64,000 nucleotides of DNA from Candidatus Baldrarchaeota archaeon. Its GTDB lineage: Archaea > Asgardarchaeota > Baldrarchaeia > Baldrarchaeales > DXJG01. Below, piece by piece: positions 57,030 through 64,000 of this stretch. The position numbers and the translations under genes were made by a program. Positions within the stretch are counted from its first letter, which is position 1. Each line of letters starts with the position of its first letter. The stretch lies in the NCBI GenBank assembly GCA_019056805.1, contig DXJG01000002.1:154178-218177 (forward strand), in the 5' to 3' direction. The notes under the pieces were generated by a model, which saw only the letters and a list, made by a program, of their open reading frames with translations, was not told the origin of the DNA and ran no database searches.

Positions 57030-59129
57030 TTAAAGTTCTGGATTTATGAGAAGTCCTGCCTTCACAAGTTCGAGCTTGTTCTTTAACTCTGTTATTCTAT
57101 TGTGCAACATGAGAAGTCTTGACGCAGAAGTTAACAGTTTTGCTCCGAGCGCAATGTCCTGCACGAACCCCAAAACCATCATGAAGGTACTAAAGGTTTC
57201 ACTAACATTTCCCAGTACTCTTTCAACCAAAAGTTCAATGAAGCTTTCCCAACTTTCTTCTATGGCCTGATATAGATCCATCATGAATGAATAGTCTATT
57301 TCTTCCATCCCCGGTATTGTGCCCAGTAATAGTTTCTCGATTCTTTCAGTCAACATTTCCCATGCCTCTTTATGTAGTAAAAGTTCCTTCATGTATTCTC
57401 TCGCCACTCTAGCTAGTTCTTTGGTGATCCGTTCGATGTCATGTTGCCTCTGTTTCTCGAGATCCGTCCTGTCCAACTCTTCTTGTACTCTCTGTATCTG
57501 TTCGGAAAGTCCACTCTCCTTCAATATGTCCTCGACATAATCTATCGGTTCATCCACAAGTTCTTTCAGAGGAGTTGAGAGTTCTTTATCTATCATTTCG
57601 TGATCTATCTTAAGCATGCTTTTCAGAAATGACAAGAAGGCCACTCTCAGTACCGGATTCACCTGCAAGGCGTTCTTGTTTGTCTCGTACATTTTGACGA
57701 GATCTTCTTTGGTTTTGATCGTCCGCATAAGTTTGTCCTGTAAGGTCCTGATGGTCATCCTAGTAGGTTCATCGATCTCTATGGGTTTTACTATTTCCTC
57801 AGGAGCAGCAAGTTTTGGTGGCTTCAGCTTTGTCGCCTTTGATGCAACCTCTTTCAACTTCCTTACCTTCTTTTTGACTTTCTTAGGCTTAGGTGGTTTG
57901 GGCTTTTTCGGCTTGGCAATCACTTTCTTCTTTATACGAACCTCCACTTCCCTCTTCGGTTTCTTGGGCACCCGCTCGACTTCCGGTTTCGTGACCTTTG
58001 TTGCAATTTCTTTCGGCAATTTTACCTCAATTTCCTCTATTTTCACTTTACTTTTTATTTTATTCACCATTGCTTTTTCGATATCACTTATCGGTGGTAT
58101 TATTTTCTCGATATCGCATTCTTCTGGTGCCATCTTCTTCTTTGCCTTCTTAACCTTAACAGTATACTTAATATGATCCTTAAAGGAATTGGTGGGAAGA
58201 GGTGGTATTTGTTGCACTCGTCCATCCGGAGTGATACTTATATTATAAATCTCTTCACTGACGACGGTATGAATCTCATCACACTCAACAATCAACGGAA
58301 ATCCGACAAATGCCACCTTACCAGTGGCTTTACACTCACTTCTAGAAATGGAAAAAGTCTCAAACTTACCGCCGTCCTTGGCGTGGCCTCTGTGTATGTT
58401 CCTTTTGTGCTCAAATGATTCATACGTAAATTCATATGCGCTTATCGTAATGTCTTCAGAAATTTGGTAGGGAATCTTTTTCCCCAACTTTATTGTCAAG
58501 TGAAAATCTCCTGATACTGTATCATAAACGGACATTCCAGCTTTTTCGGATCTGCCTTCGGAGGATATGGGTTTCTTTATGGCAAAACTTTTTCCTTCCT
58601 CAAATGGGAGTAGCTTTTCGAAGTCCGAGTAGTAGACAGAAACATTGGAATACCTCTTAACAATACCAGGTGCGTGTAGAATCCATAAAGTTCCATAAGG
58701 ACTCCCACTAGCCCTAGAAATCTCTTCCATAATTCCCTTATCCGATTTTATTGATACATGTTTATAAGCCTCCATATGATCTCCGGATACTTCAATGAAT
58801 ATCTTCCGCTTAGTCCTAGAACCAGCAAAACTGGTAATAGATGTATATGTCCACTTATATTCGTCGGGTGAGACGTAGTATATTCTATGATGGCCTTCAG
58901 TGTTTGCGATATAAAAATTATCCTCTAAGATCAGCAGTCCTTTTTCATCAAATATTTGTCTTAGTTTAGGGTGCGCCAGTTCATAGAATTTCTTATCACC
59001 AGATGTCAGAACTCTCACAGTATACTCTATTATATCTTTTAAAACAAATGATCGCTCTTTACTTTGCCATTCTCTAATACTGGTCTTGACCAAGATGTCC
59101 CCACTTTCCAGTTCGAACATCTTGTACAC
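57030..59129 (-). CDS. Large hypothetical protein with central K/P-rich low-complexity linker
   Basis: N-terminal globular region, then a linker (KPKKPKPPKPKKVKKKVRK...), then a C-terminal helical domain. No recognisable family. Confidence 0.45.
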   Translation of the reverse strand: MYKMFELESGDILVKTSIREWQSKERSFVLKDIIEYTVRVLTSGDKKFYELAHPKLRQIFDEKGLLILEDNFYIANTEGHHRIYYVSPDEYKWTYTSITSFAGSRTKRKIFIEVSGDHMEAYKHVSIKSDKGIMEEISRASGSPYGTLWILHAPGIVKRYSNVSVYYSDFEKLLPFEEGKSFAIKKPISSEGRSEKAGMSVYDTVSGDFHLTIKLGKKIPYQISEDITISAYEFTYESFEHKRNIHRGHAKDGGKFETFSISRSECKATGKVAFVGFPLIVECDEIHTVVSEEIYNISITPDGRVQQIPPLPTNSFKDHIKYTVKVKKAKKKMAPEECDIEKIIPPISDIEKAMVNKIKSKVKIEEIEVKLPKEIATKVTKPEVERVPKKPKREVEVRIKKKVIAKPKKPKPPKPKKVKKKVRKLKEVASKATKLKPPKLAAPEEIVKPIEIDEPTRMTIRTLQDKLMRTIKTKEDLVKMYETNKNALQVNPVLRVAFLSFLKSMLKIDHEMIDKELSTPLKELVDEPIDYVEDILKESGLSEQIQRVQEELDRTDLEKQRQHDIERITKELARVAREYMKELLLHKEAWEMLTERIEKLLLGTIPGMEEIDYSFMMDLYQAIEESWESFIELLVERVLGNVSETFSTFMMVLGFVQDIALGAKLLTSASRLLMLHNRITELKNKLELVKAGLLINPEL

Positions 59130-59174
59130 CTTTCTTGACCTTTATAATAATCCTTTCTTGACCTTATATAATAA
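59128..59174. repeat. Tandem direct repeat (2 x about 23 nt) containing TATA-like elements
   Basis: CCUUUCUUGACCUUUAUAAUAAU / CCUUUCUUGACCUUAUAUAAUAAU, immediately upstream of the minus-strand 699-aa gene. Confidence 0.5.
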
Positions 59175-59438
59175 TACTCTCGCCCGAAGATATCGATCTA
59201 CAAATTCTTGAGTGACATTACAAATAAGACGGGTCTAGGGGGAAGATATTCTTGTTGTTTTCCGGATTACAATTAAAGGGAAATAGAGAGAAGGATTAAG
59301 CTTATTGAATGGTAGTCTTCTTCGAAAATAACTGAAGTTTTAGGTAAATGGTGTAGACATCTTGCAGGATTTATGCTTCTAAGATTAAAGTTCAATGTTG
59401 TTGATAAAAACACCAATAAAAACGATATACTTATTCTC

Positions 59439-60044
59439 TTAAATTAATTTCCTTTGTAATAGAGTTGATACGATTTTTCTTATTTTTTCCTGAACTTTGT
59501 TAATGGGTTCTGTTGTATCAATTACTATGTAATTTTTGATTTTTGCTCGTTCTAAAAATATTCCACGAACTTTTTTAAGAAAGTCTACGTTTTCAAATTT
59601 TGTCGATTTTTTTCCTTCTTTCCTTTTTAGTGCTGTTTTAGGATCTATGTCTAATATGATGTTCATGTCTGGTTGGATTGCGTATTTATTTATTTCAAGT
59701 ACCCAGGTTGGATCTAGACCTTGAGCTACTTGATAAGCCAAGGAGGATTCGATGTATCGATCGGAAATAACAATATTACCTTTTTCAAGCATGGGTTTTA
59801 TTTCTTCATGTAAATGTAAAATTCTATCAGCAGCAAAAAGAAGCGCATCAACTGCGGGTGGGACTTTTTTGTACAAAAGATGTCTAATTAACTTACCTAT
59901 TTGATTTTCTGAAGGCTCCCTAGTTAATAAAACTTCATATCCTTGCTCTTTTAACCATTTTGAAAGCAGAATGCTATGTGTCGTGCTTCCAGCTCCGTCA
60001 ATTCCCTCAAATACTATGAAAACGCCCTTATACTCTCTTGACAT
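59439..60044 (-). CDS. tmk: Thymidylate kinase
   Basis: P-loop FEGIDGAGSTT, a DRY-like motif (SDRY) and lid residues. Confidence 0.85.
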   Translation of the reverse strand: MSREYKGVFIVFEGIDGAGSTTHSILLSKWLKEQGYEVLLTREPSENQIGKLIRHLLYKKVPPAVDALLFAADRILHLHEEIKPMLEKGNIVISDRYIESSLAYQVAQGLDPTWVLEINKYAIQPDMNIILDIDPKTALKRKEGKKSTKFENVDFLKKVRGIFLERAKIKNYIVIDTTEPINKVQEKIRKIVSTLLQRKLI

Positions 60045-60132
60045 TCAATTCACCTAAAAATACTGTAAATTATGAAATATTAGAAGCTTCGTTTATGCAA
60101 TACTATGCAATGCTTTAAATATATTTTGAGAA

Positions 60133-60360
60133 CTATACTTCTTCAAGAAGTGCTTTCTTGACAATGGCCGAGAATTTTTCTCCCCTTTCCTCTTCCATGC
60201 TTATATTTCTTTGTTTTTCCCAAAGTTCTCTTTTCAACAGATCTCTAATAGCAACACGAATAGCCTCACTTCTGTTTGGATAAAACCCTGTTTTGACGAG
60301 TTCTTCTATTCCTTCCAGATATACCTCTGGTAATTTCACCGAAATCAGTTTCATCCTCAT
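60133..60360 (-). CDS. Ribbon-helix-helix (CopG/NikR-like) DNA-binding protein
   Basis: N-terminal beta-strand then two helices ([19 protein letters not shown]...[13 protein letters not shown]). Start adjusted to MRMKL. Confidence 0.6.
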   Translation of the reverse strand: MRMKLISVKLPEVYLEGIEELVKTGFYPNRSEAIRVAIRDLLKRELWEKQRNISMEEERGEKFSAIVKKALLEEV

Positions 60361-60532
60361 TTTTGGATCACCAGGTTTGAATGGTAAGTTGTAATATAAA
60401 ACCTTTAGTAAAATCATGGTTCTTAAGAAGATTTAAAGGCGCCATATTTTAGGGAAATGTTTAAGTTTTAATTTATATATCTACAATTGAATTCACCCTC
60501 TTGAAATATTAACATAAAGGAGAACCCAAATT

Positions 60533-61333
60533 ATGGATATTTTGAGAAGAATGGTCCTTGACATTGACATCAAAAGCCTTAGAGACCCGATATGTATACA
60601 AGGGATGCCCGGAATAGCACTTGCTGGAAAAACCGCGGTAGACTATATTATTAAGCTTTCTGATGCTAAAAAATTTATGGAAGTATGCTATGCAGATTTT
60701 CCGCCAAACGTAGTTGTTGAAGGAGACGGCAGAGTTAGAACGGCACAATGTGAATTCTACATATGGAGAAATGATAATATCAGTAGAGATTTCATCCTTT
60801 TAACAAGCGATTGGCAACCTACTACAATTGCAGGAATGAATGAACTATCAGCACATATAGCTGATGTTTTGAATGAATTAAAAGTAGAAATGATCGTAGC
60901 ACTTGCTGCTTCACCCGTTAGCATGCCCAAAAAAGATCCAAAAGTCTTTTTAACCGGCACATCAGGAGAAGTTATTGAATTTTTCCGGTCAAAGGATGAA
61001 AATTTAATAGTACTCACAGATGGAGTTATTACAGGTATGAACGGCTTAGTACCAATATTAGCAAAAGTTTTTTATGATATAGATGGAGCAATTCTCCTTG
61101 GAGAGGCAGCTCAAAGAATAGATAGATGGCTTACTCTCTCTAAAGATCTGTCGGCATCCAAGGCACTAGTTAAAACTTTAAATAGAGTATTTGGTTTCAA
61201 CCTAGACACGTCTCAGTTAGACGAAGAAACAGAAAAAATGTTTAAGTTACTCGATGAGATAAGGGTAAAAACAGCTAAAAGAGTGAAAACAATCAAAAAA
61301 GAAGAAAGGAGAGAACCTGAATATATTGGGTGA
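60533..61333 (+). CDS. PAC2 (proteasome assembly chaperone 2)-family protein
   Basis: Conserved archaeal COG1938/PAC2-like N-terminal pattern (..CIQGMPGIALAGKTAVDY..). Confidence 0.55.
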   Translation: MDILRRMVLDIDIKSLRDPICIQGMPGIALAGKTAVDYIIKLSDAKKFMEVCYADFPPNVVVEGDGRVRTAQCEFYIWRNDNISRDFILLTSDWQPTTIAGMNELSAHIADVLNELKVEMIVALAASPVSMPKKDPKVFLTGTSGEVIEFFRSKDENLIVLTDGVITGMNGLVPILAKVFYDIDGAILLGEAAQRIDRWLTLSKDLSASKALVKTLNRVFGFNLDTSQLDEETEKMFKLLDEIRVKTAKRVKTIKKEERREPEYIG

Positions 61334-61350
61334 AATATGAGGCTTAAATT

Positions 61351-61650
61351 ATGCAGAAAAAAGAAGATCTAGAGAAAATTTCAAAGGCTATTTACGAAGA
61401 ACTGCAACGTTTAGACCTGGAGAACATGCTTGTAAATGTCATAAGGTCTTTAGTTAAAGAAGTTTTAGAGAAAAAAATTACGTCAGTGATAGACGATATA
61501 GATTTTCCATTACTTTTAAAAACTGCCATAAAGGAAATATTAGAACCAATTATATTAAAGTCGGTTGAAGAATCAATAGGTGAAAAATTACCGATTTTAA
61601 GACTAATAGAGGAAAGCAGAAAACGCGATGACCGTGAATTATTGAAATGA
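61351..61650 (+). CDS. Hypothetical small helical protein
   Basis: ORF only. Confidence 0.35.
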   Translation: MQKKEDLEKISKAIYEELQRLDLENMLVNVIRSLVKEVLEKKITSVIDDIDFPLLLKTAIKEILEPIILKSVEESIGEKLPILRLIEESRKRDDRELLK

Positions 61651-61707
61651 TGTAAATCCGGTTCGCGGAGACATTTGTCGATGAAGATCCCCTACCTACT
61701 GATCAAT
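61641..61707 (+). ncRNA. Candidate C/D box sRNA overlapping the stop codon of the upstream ORF
   Basis: Terminal stem AUUGA/UCAAU, a C box AUGAUGU at the 5' end, an internal cGAUGA, and a D box CUGA 12 nt after the guide region. Confidence 0.4.
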
Positions 61708-61844
61708 ATTACAAAATGCCTCAGACAAAATTGCATATAATTAGATGAGAAAAGTGATTATATAGAGAAAATCGTTATTTGATTTGAGAAGAACACGGTT
61801 AACTTTTTAGGTTATGGTTAAGATATTATATTGGAGGTTACTAC

Positions 61845-64000
61845 TTGCGAAAGTCGCAAAATATCAGAAACTTCCTTTTAACTGGAAGGTGCAAAGTCGC
61901 GATATTACTAATATTATTTATATTACTGTTGAGTCTTTACATTCTAACAGCAAATTCCAGCATCTCATTTTTAACTAAACAGTCTCAAGAACCATATGAT
62001 GAAATACCACCATATTCTCCATCCTCTATACCATCTGGAACCTTCCCACTTAGTGGTAGCTGGGCTCAAGAAATTTTTGAAAATATATCACTATCAGAAA
62101 ACGTAACATTAGAAGAAGTTGATTGGCTTTATTATCTAACATACCAAGGAATAGAAGACTTAGAAAAAATATTATTTACAGTCTACCCTGAAAACCCGCC
62201 TAGATACTGGAGAATTACAGCTTATGACAATTACACAGGTAGAGTAGGAGATTCTGCAGGTAGATGGACACATCTAAACGAAACAACATCCCCATTAGGA
62301 TACGCCCCTTCTCCTAATTCACTTAACTACACTGTAATAATGGACATAGACTATAATACTCGTTTCATACGTAATCTTCCAGTCCTTTGGCCGGACCCCC
62401 TAATATTAAGCGGGTCCCTTGAAATCGGTGTCGAGCCTCTACGATATGAACTGCTTATTGATAATTATCAAGGCGTTATTTTTAATGCAACTTTTACAGA
62501 CTCTGGATCTACAACTCTAAAATATAAAGTCTCATATGTCCCTGTCAATTTAACAGAGGTTAGACTTAATGCTCTGCCACCAAACTATACTCCTGATGAA
62601 ATTGCTAATGTTTACACGAGTCTTCCACCATTATCTCAAGATGTTTATAATTTTGCATCTCAATTTGCAGATAAAGGTGAAAATACCTTTGAAACAGCGT
62701 TAATAGTTCTAAGATATTTTCAAGTCACTTTTGAATACGATTACGAAATGCTATTTGGAACTTCAACTGACCCTGGCCCAGCTCAAGACCAAGACTATGT
62801 TGAATGGTTTTTACAAAGAGGCAAGGGACTTTCGATACACTTTGCCACAGCCTACGTTGTAACGCTTAGAATTTTAGGGATACCAGCAAGGATGGTTTTT
62901 GGCTTTCTACCTGGAGAGGAAAGTGGAAACGGTAGAGTCATAAAAAATAAACATTTACACTTTTGGGCAGAAGTTTGGATACCCACATCGACAACTGGCG
63001 ATGGAGTCTGGGTACCCTTCGATCCAGCACCTCCAGGTTATTTAGAGGCTTTAAACACTGAGAGAGATTCCTATGTAATAAATCCAAAATACACATTGAC
63101 TCTTGAAGCATCTCAAGGAAATGTTACAAGAGGGGTACCAGTTAATTTAACGGCAACTTTGCTAAGTGATGGCGAGCCTTTGACTGGCGAGATAATAACC
63201 TTTACCGATATGTATGATCTCTTAACATTGAATGGTGCAACGAGAGTAACGAACGATAGTGGAGTAGCAGTTCTAACACTGATCTTCAATGATACATCTA
63301 TTGTAGGCTTTCATGTAATTATAGCAAGTTGGAAAATTCTGAGTAATCAAACTACCGTAGTTTTGATGGGTAACACCACTATTTCAGTTACTGTTACGCC
63401 AAGCGAAGTAGCAAGAACCGAAATAGCACAAATAAGAGGAAGTTTGTGTGACGCTAAAAATGGAAGAGGACTGCCCAATCATCAGGTAACAATTATCTGG
63501 GGTGAAGGGAATTTTACCGATGTTCTTTACACGACAACCTCATCAGATGGTAGCTTTAATTACAACTATAGGGTACCCCTTGATCATCCACTGGGTAATA
63601 CTACGGTTCAGGCAATTTACGAAGGATATCCTCTTCTCATCTCGCCTTCGTCCAATGTTACAAATGTAACTGTTGTTGCTAACGTTAGACTCGTTATATA
63701 TGCAACTCCAAATGAAGTTAGATGGAATGAAACAGTAATAATAGAGGGGGCACTATTACTTGATAATTCCACTCCTCTTTCATATCAAAATCTTACTATT
63801 TATTGGGATAATTCAACGGTTGAAGGAGGGCTATATGTTCTTGGAGTTGTTACAACCGATGAAAGCGGAAGTTATAATTTTACCATAAATATTCCAATAA
63901 ATCACCCTCTAGGTTTTTCACAAGTCTTTTGCAGCTATAATTCCACAATTAAATACGTAAAAAGCGGGAATTCTTCAAAATTACAAATTCTAATTTACGA
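61845..64000 (+). CDS. Secreted/membrane-anchored transglutaminase-like (TGc) domain protein with Ig-like repeats. Partial; continues beyond window end.
   Basis: TTG start 7 nt after GGAGG, an N-terminal signal anchor, a TGc core with the Cys position occupied by Ser (GKGLSIHFATAY), His (HLHFWAEVWIP) and Asp (WVPFDP), then repeated beta-rich domains. Many N-x-S/T sequons. Confidence 0.65.
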   Translation, partial: MRKSQNIRNFLLTGRCKVAILLILFILLLSLYILTANSSISFLTKQSQEPYDEIPPYSPSSIPSGTFPLSGSWAQEIFENISLSENVTLEEVDWLYYLTYQGIEDLEKILFTVYPENPPRYWRITAYDNYTGRVGDSAGRWTHLNETTSPLGYAPSPNSLNYTVIMDIDYNTRFIRNLPVLWPDPLILSGSLEIGVEPLRYELLIDNYQGVIFNATFTDSGSTTLKYKVSYVPVNLTEVRLNALPPNYTPDEIANVYTSLPPLSQDVYNFASQFADKGENTFETALIVLRYFQVTFEYDYEMLFGTSTDPGPAQDQDYVEWFLQRGKGLSIHFATAYVVTLRILGIPARMVFGFLPGEESGNGRVIKNKHLHFWAEVWIPTSTTGDGVWVPFDPAPPGYLEALNTERDSYVINPKYTLTLEASQGNVTRGVPVNLTATLLSDGEPLTGEIITFTDMYDLLTLNGATRVTNDSGVAVLTLIFNDTSIVGFHVIIASWKILSNQTTVVLMGNTTISVTVTPSEVARTEIAQIRGSLCDAKNGRGLPNHQVTIIWGEGNFTDVLYTTTSSDGSFNYNYRVPLDHPLGNTTVQAIYEGYPLLISPSSNVTNVTVVANVRLVIYATPNEVRWNETVIIEGALLLDNSTPLSYQNLTIYWDNSTVEGGLYVLGVVTTDESGSYNFTINIPINHPLGFSQVFCSYNSTIKYVKSGNSSKLQILIY

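Overview
This is a 64 kb archaeal chromosomal window that is AT-rich (roughly one-third GC), with densely packed genes on both strands and no CRISPR array, rRNA or tRNA that I could recognise. A reverse gyrase gene (rgy) points to a hyperthermophile. Several encoded proteins are eukaryote-like signature proteins: a Rab/Ras-like small GTPase, a RuvB-like TIP49 AAA+ ATPase, a roadblock/LC7 protein, ribosomal protein L13e, a Get3/ArsA ATPase, a Memo1-like protein, a PAC2 homolog and a candidate profilin-fold protein. Together with reverse gyrase this is consistent with a thermophilic Asgard or TACK-related lineage. That placement is an inference from gene content, not a phylogenetic result.

Confident calls are the partial pyrG, purA, alaS, rtcB, an XPF-family nuclease, type I GAPDH, a NOL1/NOP2/Sun methyltransferase, tmcA with an adjacent ASCH gene, archaeal GluRS and GlyRS, reverse gyrase carrying a LAGLIDADG intein, tRNA-splicing endonuclease (endA), rpoP, aSUI1, tfb, MetAP2 and tmk. 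There is also an N-glycosylation gene pair (DUF354 and an AglH-like GT4 transferase) and a partial transglutaminase-like surface protein.

The most notable observation is a 32-nt hairpin insertion in pyrG. It folds as a canonical bulge-helix-bulge (hBHBh') motif, and removing it restores the conserved DPYLNVDPG motif exactly. This is a candidate protein-coding BHB intron, and its predicted processing enzymes (endA and rtcB) are encoded in the same window.

Other findings include:
- five candidate C/D box sRNAs;
- three GC-rich structured intergenic islands;
- an aSUI1 gene with no canonical start codon (AUA after a GGAGG Shine-Dalgarno);
- a tmcA-ASCH pair that looks like an ac4C writer/eraser module;
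- a pair of tandem winged-helix / zinc-ribbon proteins.
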